A program made the translations under genes and the position numbers. DNA of 64,000 nt, taken from positions 1 to 64,000 of IMG/VR virus record IMGVR_UViG_3300045988_166055. One strand, 5' to 3'. Source of the stretch: a virus. The notes under the pieces are model-generated. The model did not search any database. It had not been told where the DNA came from and saw only the letters and a program-made list of their open reading frames with translations. Shown here piece by piece: positions 44,745 to 53,739 of this stretch (its first letter is position 1; each line of letters starts with the position of its first letter).

Positions 44745-46602
44745 CATCAATGAGATAAGCCAAAGCTACAGCTATAATATCGGTACTAACGCTTATTGCA
44801 CAGTTGCAATGCCTATTACTTCCTGCTGGGGTCCCGGATACTTTGATAAAGAAAAACAAGGTCTTACAGAGGATGATATTCTAGAGAATCTTCGTTGGGA
44901 GCATTTCGCTGCTACTCAAGAAGGCTTAGAGAGTTTCGTATCTACTTATAGAGGCCCTGCTTCTAATTATCGTTCAGCAAAAGATTTCTCATATCAGATG
45001 GCCATGACTCTTCTTACTGCAGGCTACGATGTTCTTGCATGCAGAGTTTGCCCTGGTACTCCTTCCGGAGGTACACTTAAGATTGACGATAGCAACAATC
45101 TTATCATCAAATCAAAGTACCCTGGAACTTTTGGAAACAATCTTCGTTGTGCGTTTAAGAAAGCTCGTTCAGTTTTCTTGGTTGATGGAAAGACTAAGCA
45201 AGTTGATTACTGGAACATGATTGTTTATGTCCTGGATGCGTCTGGAGTAAAAACAGCCGTAGAGAATTTGAACTTTGTTTTCGAAGTCGCAAATTCAAAT
45301 GATTCACTCTACCATATTTCCGAGATTGAGTCTAATTTCGTACAATTTTCTGGCTATGATGCCCTTACAGATGCGCTTTCATTATCCGGTACAGTGAACG
45401 TAGATCTTGCTGGAGGACACGACGCATCTGCAAACGGTGAAAGCGCTGCTATGCTGAAAGAAGCAGCAGATCTCGCTACTCTTCGTTATAAAACAGCTCT
45501 TGGGTCTGCCGACGGAGTAGCTTATGTAGCCAGACTATCTGAATTAACTACATCTGATGAAAACAAAGCAGCTATCATTCGTTATAAAGAATGGGTTTAC
45601 AACGCTGCATACTCTGCAATGGATAAGCTGAAGGATAAACTGTCTTATAACTACAACAGAATTGTTATGCCAGGCTGGGACGATCAAGATTTCTCGTCTG
45701 TAGTTGAAAATTATTCATATGATGATACCAACACAAAATTTGTCATTTCACCTCTGCACATTAGAATGATGGATGTAGCATATAACAGTCGTTGTGGTAC
45801 TGCTTACATTGACATTCCTAAGAGCCTTCCTCGTTCTAAGGTATGGAACGAGAAGGATGGTCAGGAAGGATACTCTCAGATGCTTGCAAGATTCCAGCCG
45901 GACAACACAAGCTTTGATCTAAATGCAAGCCTTTATACATCTCATTCTGCTCTATTTGCTCCTTGGGGCAATTACATCTATGTTGGAACTTCTAAGCAGA
46001 ATGAAGCTTCTCCTTCTTTCATGGCATTGATGATAGAAAGAGCGATGATCCTGAATCAGTCAAGTCAGTATGAATGGGCTCTGCCTACTACTCGTAGACA
46101 TAACCTGAAGATAGGAAAGCTTGCTTACAGTGTAAACAAGCATCTTCTAGATGATTGGCAGGGTACAGAAGGCGTAGGAGTCAATGTTATTACAGACATT
46201 CCTGACATGGGCATGAGCTTATGGGGCAATAGTACTCTATTTGAGGTGCCTGTAGCAACATATCAAGCTCTTGCTAATCTTTCTACTAGAAAGCTTGTCA
46301 ATGCTGTCGAGGATCAAGCATACAGATGCGGAATTAACATCACCTTCCAGTACAACAACGAGGATGCTTATAGTAGTTTCTACGCTGGTATGACTCCGTT
46401 ACTCGATACAATGAAGTATCAAGGAGCTATCGAGGACTACTATATCAAGATGGCAGCCGATGTAAACGGTCTTGATAGGGTGAATATCAACTCTGTCATC
46501 GGAAAAATCTATTTAACTGTCAACGGAGTTATAAACGACATAAACATCGATCTTATTGCTCTTCCTAGTTCTGTTGATCTCGATGAGTACAAAGCAGAAT
46601 AA
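44731..46602 (+). CDS. contractile tail sheath protein (T4 gp18-like)
   Basis: The N-terminus ...VAMPITSCWGPGYF... and ...DFSYQMAMTLLTAGYDVLACRV parallel the gp18 segments GKFQWGPAF and ADYFMSAMNFLQYGNDLRVVR. ATG 44731 lies 9 nt after AAGGAGG. ~623 aa. Confidence 0.65.
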   Translation: MAQININEISQSYSYNIGTNAYCTVAMPITSCWGPGYFDKEKQGLTEDDILENLRWEHFAATQEGLESFVSTYRGPASNYRSAKDFSYQMAMTLLTAGYDVLACRVCPGTPSGGTLKIDDSNNLIIKSKYPGTFGNNLRCAFKKARSVFLVDGKTKQVDYWNMIVYVLDASGVKTAVENLNFVFEVANSNDSLYHISEIESNFVQFSGYDALTDALSLSGTVNVDLAGGHDASANGESAAMLKEAADLATLRYKTALGSADGVAYVARLSELTTSDENKAAIIRYKEWVYNAAYSAMDKLKDKLSYNYNRIVMPGWDDQDFSSVVENYSYDDTNTKFVISPLHIRMMDVAYNSRCGTAYIDIPKSLPRSKVWNEKDGQEGYSQMLARFQPDNTSFDLNASLYTSHSALFAPWGNYIYVGTSKQNEASPSFMALMIERAMILNQSSQYEWALPTTRRHNLKIGKLAYSVNKHLLDDWQGTEGVGVNVITDIPDMGMSLWGNSTLFEVPVATYQALANLSTRKLVNAVEDQAYRCGINITFQYNNEDAYSSFYAGMTPLLDTMKYQGAIEDYYIKMAADVNGLDRVNINSVIGKIYLTVNGVINDINIDLIALPSSVDLDEYKAE

Positions 46603-46610
46603 ATAAACAA

Positions 46611-46631
46611 AAATCGTTATAATCAGTGTAG
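46611..46631 (+). promoter_or_regulatory. AAATCGTTAT-N6-TGTAG motif site
   Basis: Bipartite form, 75 nt upstream of ATG 46686. It overlaps the terminator stem. Confidence 0.4.
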
Positions 46632-46668
46632 ATATCAATTTAGATATCTACACTGATTTTTTAATTTT
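46621..46668 (+). terminator. rho-independent terminator after the sheath gene
   Basis: AATCAGTGTAGATATC 46621-46636 pairs with GATATCTACACTGATT 46643-46658 (16 bp), then TTTTTT. Confidence 0.8.
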
Positions 46669-46685
46669 GTTCGGAGGTTCATTAT

Positions 46686-47096
46686 ATGGATGTTAAGATG
46701 AATTTTGGTCATGGTGGAATTGGATGGTGGGCTTTCGTCCTTGAAGATGACGACCTTGTCATTGGTTATCAGTCAGAAGAAAAGTATGATGAAATGTATA
46801 GAGGTAACTTCAAAGGTGTTGATACTCCTCACATTTTTGATATCATGCGCGATGATATTGAAATGTTCTTAAAAATCATAAAGTATTATAAGTGGAGTGC
46901 TGTTCCTTTCCTTAATAATGTTGCCTGTGAAGGATATACTAGAGCAATTGGAGATGTCGTCAAGCTTCTGCCTATGGATATCTATACAGATGCTATTATT
47001 GACGCAGTTAAAAACAATGATACTGATTTGAACAAAGTTGTTCTAAAAGTTGTTGAAAATATTTCAAACTACTATTCTCTTATGCATAAGGGGTGA
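46686..47096 (+). CDS. hypothetical protein
   Basis: 136-aa ORF after CGGAGG. Confidence 0.5.
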   Translation: MDVKMNFGHGGIGWWAFVLEDDDLVIGYQSEEKYDEMYRGNFKGVDTPHIFDIMRDDIEMFLKIIKYYKWSAVPFLNNVACEGYTRAIGDVVKLLPMDIYTDAIIDAVKNNDTDLNKVVLKVVENISNYYSLMHKG

Positions 47097-47100
47097 TAAT

Positions 47101-47293
47101 ATGACTGTATATGATATGCTTGTTCATAGCAAGAATGTTTATGATGTAGAATTTCGAGATAGCAGGGGGAGTTATTTTTCATAGGATGGACATTGCAAAG
47201 GCAATTACAAGTCAATATCAAAATATGAATGTCATGCAATTTATGCCATTTCTGCTTTCTAATGGATCAATTAAACTAATCATATACGTGTAA
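47101..47293 (+). pseudogene. small gene split by a 1-nt frameshift (27-codon and 35-codon ORFs)
   Basis: ORF 47101-47184 and ORF 47186-47293 are in frames 0 and +1. Deleting one T from the T5 run 47175-47179 gives one 63-codon ORF (...RGSYFHRMDIAK...). Confidence 0.3.
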
Positions 47294-47302
47294 AGGAAAG
47301 AT

Positions 47303-47512
47303 ATGAAAATTCCTAAGTATGTCCTTGACCTAATCATAAAAAGACAGCGATATGCTGAAAAAGTTATGGATTCAGCTTTCTCTCTTCAAGAATGGCTTGA
47401 TAAGAATGAAATATATGTTGAAGACTATGATCAGATTGGAGGATCAGAAATGTTTGTAAACCCAGATGAATCTGCACGCAGAGTTTTGAAAGCAATCATA
47501 GAAAAGAGGTAA
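47303..47512 (+). CDS. hypothetical protein
   Basis: 69-aa ORF. Confidence 0.45.
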   Translation: MKIPKYVLDLIIKRQRYAEKVMDSAFSLQEWLDKNEIYVEDYDQIGGSEMFVNPDESARRVLKAIIEKR

Positions 47513-47514
47513 CT

Positions 47515-47889
47515 ATGGGCGAATTTCACAAGTGGCCTTCAGGTTATCTTTCATATAACGGATATTTCTACGAAGCGCCATACTATTCTCATATGGCAAC
47601 AGCTACTAAGATAGTTAATATGTATGAGTTACCTAGACCTAGAAATGCAAATTTAGATGAAGATATACTTCTACTATACGGATTCATATGTATTCGTACT
47701 TCGGATGTTTACAAAAGAGCACGGGACTGGGAAGGTAAAATTCTTCTGATTTCCGATAAACAGCAGAAATACTTATCTGACAACTGGAATGAATTCAACG
47801 ATAATCAAAAGAATTGCATTCTAGACTTGATTTCGGATTTCGGCTTGCTGAATAAATTTTACAAGGAGATAGGTGAATGTTCAAAATAA
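47515..47889 (+). CDS. hypothetical protein
   Basis: 124-aa ORF. Confidence 0.5.
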   Translation: MGEFHKWPSGYLSYNGYFYEAPYYSHMATATKIVNMYELPRPRNANLDEDILLLYGFICIRTSDVYKRARDWEGKILLISDKQQKYLSDNWNEFNDNQKNCILDLISDFGLLNKFYKEIGECSK

Positions 47890-48098
47890 CAATGACTGTG
47901 AATTTAATCCATTTGAAAGACGGTTACCAGTATCAATATAAGAGAACATACTACAGAAAAACGAGACCTACTGTAAAAGAAATGGGCGCAAGATTAAATA
48001 AGTACGCCTATTCTATCATTTATCAGCTACAGAAAAAGGGAAGAACATGTGTATTTGCAGGTAGACGATGGATCAAGGAGGAAATAGTTGATGATTGA
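47877..48098 (+). CDS. hypothetical protein
   Basis: 73-aa ORF overlapping its neighbours. Confidence 0.4.
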   Translation: MFKITMTVNLIHLKDGYQYQYKRTYYRKTRPTVKEMGARLNKYAYSIIYQLQKKGRTCVFAGRRWIKEEIVDD

Positions 48099-48384
48099 AG
48101 TTGGGCTGCTCATAGTAAATACATTCAAATGTTTTGGAGTAGAATTCAAGCAAACAAATTATAATTCATTTGAAGACGTAATTGAAATTAAAGTTACTGT
48201 TCCCAAAGATAGCGAAATTAAACATTCAAACGGAAAAATCATGGCCGGAAAATTTCTAGCTGAATTACTACGAGATAAAATTAGAGAACGTGGAGTTAAT
48301 TGCAGAGTAGCATACAAAGAAAGAGACGAAACTTGGAATGAATTCAAATACGAGAAGATGAGTAAGGAGATTTACGGTGTTTGA
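48088..48384 (+). CDS. hypothetical protein
   Basis: 98-aa ORF. Confidence 0.45.
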   Translation: MMIEVGLLIVNTFKCFGVEFKQTNYNSFEDVIEIKVTVPKDSEIKHSNGKIMAGKFLAELLRDKIRERGVNCRVAYKERDETWNEFKYEKMSKEIYGV

Positions 48385-48562
48385 ATATAGATATTGTTTC
48401 TTTGAATCAGAAAGTTTTAAGATTGAGGAATTAGTTGATTCTGAAACAAATGAACCTGAATTTGCATTTTACGCTAATAACAAGCTACTTTTTACAACGG
48501 ACAAATACGGGATCAAGGAGATTTGGAATCAGTTAGATAAATTTCTAAAGGAGATTGAATAA
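48377..48562 (+). CDS. hypothetical protein
   Basis: 61-aa ORF. Confidence 0.4.
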   Translation: MFEYRYCFFESESFKIEELVDSETNEPEFAFYANNKLLFTTDKYGIKEIWNQLDKFLKEIE

Positions 48563-48930
48563 TGGGATTATTTGACAAAAAAGGAACAGTAGTATTTGAT
48601 TTTGATGGAGTAATCCATTCGTATACATCAGGTTGGCAAGGTGAAGGTGTAGCAAATGATCCTATTGTTCCAGGAATGGCTGAGGAGCTAAAACGAATTT
48701 ATACTTCTGGATACAAAGTAGTTGTCGTATCAACTAGATGCAATTCAAGAAAAGGAATGGATTGCGTAAATGATTATCTACTAAATAATGGTGTGCTCAA
48801 GTATGTAGACCTAATTACTGCAAAGAAGCCTCCTGCAATATGTTATATTGATGATAGAGCTATTTGTTTTGATGATCATCCTGAAGGGCTTCTTGAGAAG
48901 ATTCAAAATTTCAAACCATGGAACAAATAA
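48562..48930 (+). CDS. HAD-superfamily phosphatase (nucleotidase-like)
   Basis: Motif I VVFDFDGVIH, motif II VVVSTR, motif III K in AKKPP, motif IV YIDDRA. Confidence 0.6.
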   Translation: MGLFDKKGTVVFDFDGVIHSYTSGWQGEGVANDPIVPGMAEELKRIYTSGYKVVVVSTRCNSRKGMDCVNDYLLNNGVLKYVDLITAKKPPAICYIDDRAICFDDHPEGLLEKIQNFKPWNK

Positions 48931-48932
48931 AG

Positions 48933-48960
48933 GCGTCAGAAATATTCTGACGCTTTCTAT
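48933..48960 (+). terminator. rho-independent terminator
   Basis: GCGTCAGAA 48933-48941 pairs with TTCTGACGC 48946-48954, then TTTCTAT. Confidence 0.6.
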
Positions 48961-49003
48961 GCGCAACCTTCATTATTGATGATAATTTTATTATTAGTAT
49001 TGA

Positions 49004-49351
49004 GTGGTGATGAAATTGAAAAGAGTTATACTTGCAAGTCTTACTTCTTATTCTTATGTTCTTAAGTTAATATTGAATGACTTATTATCAGAAGGTAAGA
49101 AAGCAGAGATAAGCCCAGATCATAAATGTGTAAATGAATATGATAATGATGGATTCATTATAGGTCAGCAGTATCCTAGAGAAACTGAGCCTACAAAATC
49201 TACTAGGGGAAGATTTGTAAAAGTTCCTGAGGGTAAAGGCAACTACATAATGGTTACATCTGAATATAAGAAACGAAATTTTACAAATGATGATCATTTA
49301 ATAAAACATGTAGATAAAACAAATAAAGACAGCAGATGGAATAAAAAATAA
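49004..49351 (+). CDS. hypothetical protein
   Basis: 115-aa ORF with a non-ATG start. Confidence 0.4.
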   Translation: MVMKLKRVILASLTSYSYVLKLILNDLLSEGKKAEISPDHKCVNEYDNDGFIIGQQYPRETEPTKSTRGRFVKVPEGKGNYIMVTSEYKKRNFTNDDHLIKHVDKTNKDSRWNKK

Positions 49352-49517
49352 TCAATTGTGGATTTGAAATAATATGAAAAGATATGTAAGAAGCGATACT
49401 GATAGTCGAAACACTGATTTTGAAATAAAAGAAGGAATTGAATCTGGTTCGGCATCAACAGATACTCCTACGCTCTAACTAAATTCCTTAAATAAAAAGA
49501 GACGACACTGGAGGTAC

Positions 49518-49531
49518 ATATATATATATAT
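49518..49531 (+). repeat. (AT)7 dinucleotide repeat between SD and start codon
   Basis: GGAGGT 49510-49515, then AC(AT)7G. The ATG 49530 is formed by the last repeat unit. Confidence 0.9.
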
Positions 49532-49814
49532 GAAATATTTGATTGCGTATATTCCTTATACCAGATTACCTGAGAATATTGATATTGTATTTTTCGAAAA
49601 TGAAAAAGAACTGCTCCAATTTATTGTAGAATATATTAGATGTGCTCCTGTACAATACGAAGACGGAGTTTTCTACGATTACGACGGATATGAAGTTGAT
49701 TTCTCGTTACGGTCTTGCTTGTCTTATTTAGAATCAAATTTCGTAGGTGATGGATCTTACGGTGCTACTTTGCTAACTATCACAAAAGGTAAAAATGTTC
49801 TGTTCCAAGGCTGA
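49530..49814 (+). CDS. hypothetical protein
   Basis: 94-aa ORF. Confidence 0.45.
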   Translation: MKYLIAYIPYTRLPENIDIVFFENEKELLQFIVEYIRCAPVQYEDGVFYDYDGYEVDFSLRSCLSYLESNFVGDGSYGATLLTITKGKNVLFQG

Positions 49815-49879
49815 TAGATGGGACAATTAAAATATTCAAAGATGGAATCTGCACAATCCTGAAGATGAATTGAAAAAAT

Positions 49880-49920
49880 AAATAGAAAGAGCAGACATTA
49901 GTTGTCTGCTCTTTCTATTT
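49880..49920. terminator. bidirectional terminator, perfect 18-bp stem
   Basis: AAATAGAAAGAGCAGACA 49880-49897 pairs with TGTCTGCTCTTTCTATTT 49903-49920, with a 5-nt loop. A-rich 5' flank and T-rich 3' flank. Confidence 0.85.
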
Positions 49921-49921
49921 A

Positions 49922-50578
49922 TTATTTGAATTCATATACAGCCGTACCAAGGTCATGATATGGAGAATATCCTAAATTTATCATGTCTGATTCTGTCCAG
50001 TTACTTTGTCTTCTAGAATCATTTGATATGAAATTTACTCCGTTCCACCACCATTTCTTTCTTTGAGTATCTCTTTCAGATTTCATTCCAATTTCCTCGT
50101 AGTCCTCAAAATTATCAAAACAAAAATTTACATAGGAAACAATATTGTACAGACCATAATCAGATGCAAACTTTGATAATATAGAAAATCCATTCTTAAC
50201 ATAGTATCCCGGAAGCATATACATTCTAGATAGTTCAGCATAGTATCGTTTATCTTTTGATTTTTTGAAAGTCATCATGCAGTATATTACACTATCCTTA
50301 ACTAACCCTATAGCTAGAACTGTTCCTTTTGCAGCCTTTAGCGGATAGTACTCATTCATCCAATTATCTGAAATATCTTTATTCAATCTGTATATCTTCA
50401 AATCTTCACCATTTATAATAGTATGATATTCTGGTTTCTTGTAGTAATATCCTAAGAAATTTCTTTTCTTTTCATAAGAAGTCAATCTTTTTGCTTGAAC
50501 CCAATCTAATTTTGAAACATTGTCTACCCCATATCTACCCAAGTTTGTTTGTATTCGTTTATCATTTGATGTGTTCAT
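49922..50578 (-). CDS. antisense-oriented hypothetical protein, possible GNAT/Mom-like acyltransferase fold with an N-terminal YGV-DN motif
   Basis: ATG 50578 lies 9 nt after AAGGAGG on the minus strand. WMNEYYPLKAAKGTVLAIGLVKDSVIYCMMTFKKS...YAELSRMYMLPGYYVKNGFSILSKF loosely follows a GNAT-like pattern. The function call is weak; the gene call is solid. Confidence 0.3.
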   Translation of the reverse strand: MNTSNDKRIQTNLGRYGVDNVSKLDWVQAKRLTSYEKKRNFLGYYYKKPEYHTIINGEDLKIYRLNKDISDNWMNEYYPLKAAKGTVLAIGLVKDSVIYCMMTFKKSKDKRYYAELSRMYMLPGYYVKNGFSILSKFASDYGLYNIVSYVNFCFDNFEDYEEIGMKSERDTQRKKWWWNGVNFISNDSRRQSNWTESDMINLGYSPYHDLGTAVYEFK

Positions 50579-50692
50579 ACGAAAACTACCTCCTTGTAGA
50601 AAAATATAAGGTATCAATTAGAACATAGTTATATTATCAATCTTTTATTAAATTGCGAAAGCAAATAAACTCGATATAAGGAGGAAGTGTAT

Positions 50693-51238
50693 ATGTTTAC
50701 ACCGCTCAAGCTTGGTACAAACCACATGTTAGGTGTTGATAATTTTATTCCATTGACATCGAATAACTTTGAAATTCGCATATACAACATGGATGGAAGT
50801 GCACCTACTGAGTTCTCAGACCTGCTAACACTTTCAACAGATGAAGTAGGCGAAGTGGTTGAGGAACAGGATTCAATTGTTGTCCATTACGGCAACGGTC
50901 TAATCAAATTCCCGAGTAAGGTTGATTATTCCGATGTTGAATGGACTCTTAACTGCTACTGCAGCCCGAATGTTCTTGAGGCTCTTCGTGAATGGCGTCG
51001 TAAGGTTTATGATCCTGATACCGAAAAAATGGGATTACCATCTGAGTACATGCGTCAGGTATATTTCATCAAGTATGATGGCCAGGGCAATGTTAGAGAT
51101 GTGATCCGTTGCCCCGGTACTTGGATCAAAGGACTAAGCAATGGAGCCCACAATCAAACAGGTGGGGAAGTAGTTAAGGTAAAAACCACGCTCGTTATTT
51201 CAAAAGCAATTTATCTGAAACCTTCTGATCTGCAGTGA
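50693..51238 (+). CDS. tail tube protein (T4 gp19-like)
   Basis: NNFEIRIYN..., VVHYGNGLIKFPSKVDYSDVEWTLNCY..., ALREWRRKVYD... follow the gp19-family pattern. ATG lies 8 nt after AGGAGG. Confidence 0.6.
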   Translation: MFTPLKLGTNHMLGVDNFIPLTSNNFEIRIYNMDGSAPTEFSDLLTLSTDEVGEVVEEQDSIVVHYGNGLIKFPSKVDYSDVEWTLNCYCSPNVLEALREWRRKVYDPDTEKMGLPSEYMRQVYFIKYDGQGNVRDVIRCPGTWIKGLSNGAHNQTGGEVVKVKTTLVISKAIYLKPSDLQ

Positions 51239-51256
51239 TTGTTCATCAAATTTAAC

Positions 51257-51282
51257 AGCTGGTTCGCCAGCCGTTATTTTTC
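51257..51282 (+). terminator. rho-independent terminator
   Basis: AGCTGG-TTCG-CCAGC hairpin, then CGTTATTTTT. Confidence 0.55.
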
Positions 51283-51303
51283 TACAACCTTCAATTATTT
51301 TGA

Positions 51304-51313
51304 AAATCGTTAT
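51304..51313 (+). promoter_or_regulatory. AAATCGTTAT motif site
   Basis: 40 nt upstream of ATG 51344, after the terminator. Confidence 0.4.
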
Positions 51314-51343
51314 TGAAATTAAGTAAAGATATGAGGTGTAGTT

Positions 51344-51541
51344 ATGAAGAAAACATTCTATCCTGTTTTATGTTCTAAAGATGACATTGAGACATCTGGA
51401 TATGATTTTCACGGATATAGGATAACTAATTCAGGTAGCGGTTGGGTTGTTAGAGGTGGAGGACAGCGAGTCTCTCCCTATTTTGCAACTTCGGATGAAG
51501 CTGAGGAATTTATTCTTGACATGGAGAATGACGATGATTGA
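51344..51541 (+). CDS. hypothetical protein
   Basis: 65-aa ORF after GAGGTG. Confidence 0.45.
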   Translation: MKKTFYPVLCSKDDIETSGYDFHGYRITNSGSGWVVRGGGQRVSPYFATSDEAEEFILDMENDDD

Positions 51542-51716
51542 TGACATCATTGAAGGATTGCTTGGAGTACTATCTTTACTAATCACTTTAATTGGATACA
51601 TAGTATTATTTGTTATCTTTTTGATAATGATTCTAGTAGGAGTACCTATTTTATTTGTAACTTCTCCTATTTGGATAATACTATTACTTATTGATAGGAA
51701 GGAGAATAAACTTTGA
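51528..51716 (+). CDS. small two-TM membrane protein
   Basis: MTMIDDIIEGLLGVLSLLITLIGYIVLFVIFLIMILVGVPILFVTSPIWIILLLIDRK has two hydrophobic spans. Confidence 0.5.
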   Translation: MTMIDDIIEGLLGVLSLLITLIGYIVLFVIFLIMILVGVPILFVTSPIWIILLLIDRKENKL

Positions 51717-51958
51717 AAAGAGTAGTTAGATGTTCAGCTGAAAATACTTTATCTGGTAAATACGTTAAAGATATTTTGAAGAAGATGTCTTTCAAAGATA
51801 AAGTTCGTGTTCAGATGAATAAAGATTCTGTAACGAAGTACGATTTACCTTATGGAGGATTTAGCGGTAAGGTGATTGAAGTTCCTTGGTTCTTCTCTGA
51901 TCTTGCTGTATATTCTGTTAAAAATGATGGAAGCGAAGTAAGGATTCAGGTTAAGTAA
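51713..51958 (+). CDS. hypothetical protein
   Basis: 81-aa ORF with a TTG start after AGGAAGGAG. Confidence 0.4.
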   Translation: MKRVVRCSAENTLSGKYVKDILKKMSFKDKVRVQMNKDSVTKYDLPYGGFSGKVIEVPWFFSDLAVYSVKNDGSEVRIQVK

Positions 51959-51970
51959 ATACAAATTTGA

Positions 51971-52001
51971 ATGACGAGTCTTTCAGGCTCGTCATTTTTT
52001 A
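51971..52001 (+). terminator. rho-independent terminator
   Basis: ATGACGAGTC 51971-51980 pairs with GGCTCGTCAT 51986-51995 (one G-U), then TTTTTT. Confidence 0.8.
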
Positions 52002-52012
52002 TGTTTATTTAA

Positions 52013-52033
52013 GAATCGTTATTATGATTGTAA
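52013..52033 (+). promoter_or_regulatory. GAATCGTTAT-N6-TGTAA motif site
   Basis: After the terminator, 63 nt upstream of ATG 52076. Confidence 0.45.
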
Positions 52034-52075
52034 TCAAAATAGATAGACAAAGATCAATTTTAGGAGGTCACCCAA

Positions 52076-52561
52076 ATGTCTTGGATCAATGTAAATGAGC
52101 AGGGAGTTCCTGTAAATGATGAAAGATATCACAACAGATTCAGTTTGTCTTTAGAGTACAAGCCTACTTATGGGCACGCTCTTTGTGTAGAGAAGGAGGA
52201 CGTCATTGCAAGATACAATCGACCCGATGATACCTTCTACGAAGAGAAGACAGGAAAGCCGATCAATTACAGTGATATTCAGTCATGGTATTGTTCATTT
52301 GATGACGGTGAAATCGGAATGAAAATTATTCACCAGGCTGAATTCAAAGTCAAAGGTCTTATGAATGAAATTGTAGTTTGCTACTACATGTTTGGTTATT
52401 ATCTAGTCGATGTTTGGTTTCAGACAGAAGAAACAGATGACAACTCTCCTACTAGAATTAACTACATTAAAACTAAATATTTTACAGTCGCAGAGAAAAA
52501 ATATTATCAGAAGCTGTCTGACCTAAACAAGACAATAGAGGAAAGAGAAAATGTTTGCTGA
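52076..52561 (+). CDS. hypothetical protein
   Basis: 161-aa ORF after TAGGAGG. Confidence 0.55.
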   Translation: MSWINVNEQGVPVNDERYHNRFSLSLEYKPTYGHALCVEKEDVIARYNRPDDTFYEEKTGKPINYSDIQSWYCSFDDGEIGMKIIHQAEFKVKGLMNEIVVCYYMFGYYLVDVWFQTEETDDNSPTRINYIKTKYFTVAEKKYYQKLSDLNKTIEERENVC

Positions 52562-52952
52562 ACTTAAGAGCAAGGAAGATATTCAGAAAGCTATTGTCGA
52601 ATACTTAGGAGAGGGTGAAAAAGATACTAGAAGAATTGAATTTTCTAAGATCTATGATAAAATTCCTACTTCATTTTTTGACAATGGTGGTATTGTAGCT
52701 TATCACAAAGTTGATTACAACAATGATATTAAAATGCGTGTTTTTCATTGTGACTGGTTCATTGTACCTGAAATTTTCTTCGAATATATTCAGGAAGATA
52801 TGTTTTACCCGGGTCAATGGAGAAGACAATATCGGTCTGGAACTAAAGTTAGTTCTGGATTTGTTTCTAGCTGTTGTGATATGTGGTCGCAAAGATATTC
52901 AAGATTCTGTCCTGACTGCGGAAGAATGATGAAAAGCTACATTGAATATTGA
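52551..52952 (+). CDS. hypothetical protein with a C-terminal zinc ribbon
   Basis: ...SSCCDMW...FCPDCGRMM. Confidence 0.5.
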   Translation: MFAELKSKEDIQKAIVEYLGEGEKDTRRIEFSKIYDKIPTSFFDNGGIVAYHKVDYNNDIKMRVFHCDWFIVPEIFFEYIQEDMFYPGQWRRQYRSGTKVSSGFVSSCCDMWSQRYSRFCPDCGRMMKSYIEY

Positions 52953-52964
52953 TAGGAGCAAATT

Positions 52965-53195
52965 ATGACACTGATTGAACTTCAGAATAAACTTGGAGAG
53001 CAGATTGAAGCTCTAACTAATCCCGAAGCATCAAATGAAACTAGGAAGCAGGCAGCAGAAATTGCTGCTGTTATCTCTAGTTTAGCGAAGCAGATGATAA
53101 ACAATGCAGACATTGTTCTTAGACGCGATAAGATGATTTCTGAAGGTAAGCTTAAGAACTCTGCAATCAATAGTATGATCGGTGATGAGAGGTAA
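52965..53195 (+). CDS. hypothetical protein
   Basis: 76-aa ORF. Confidence 0.45.
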   Translation: MTLIELQNKLGEQIEALTNPEASNETRKQAAEIAAVISSLAKQMINNADIVLRRDKMISEGKLKNSAINSMIGDER

Positions 53196-53724
53196 AAGAT
53201 ATTTTACAAAAGAGCAAGAATACTGGTTAGTAGAAAACTTCAACAGATTTTCCTGCTATAGAGATATGGCTGACTGCTTTAACAAATCTTTTCATGAAAC
53301 ACGGTCTTTCGAGTCTATACGAGAAAAATGTAATAAAAGACTTCATCTTAAAGGAAAGCCTAGCGTAACTAGATACGGATCAAAGCGAAAGGAGCAGCTT
53401 CCTATAGGTACAATTAGAAAATCACAAACTAGTACTTTCATAAAAGTTAGAGAGGTTCCAGAAAAAAGCGATATTAGTGGATACATGCGCCCATATTGGA
53501 TTCCTCTTCAAGAAAAAATATATTCCGATAACTTTGGACCTGTGCCAGAGGGGAATATGGTATGTTTCTTAGATAATGATAGAAATAATTTCAACATAGC
53601 GAATTTATTCATGATAGATAGGAAGATATCCGCTATCATGTCAAGTAATCAATGGTGGTCAACTAATCCAGAGTTTACAAAAACTGCTATTCTATGGTGT
53701 AAATTGTACTATGCTATTCGATAA
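53182..53724 (+). mobile_element. HNH_3-like homing endonuclease-like gene (degenerate)
   Basis: GPVPEGNMVCFLDNDRNNFNIANLFMIDRK resembles the G-x-V-H-x-D-G-D-x-x-N-N-x-x-x-NL core with H replaced. The N-terminus is Myb/SANT-like (FTKEQEYWLVENF). Confidence 0.5.
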
Positions 53725-53739
53725 ATAAAAATTAAATAA

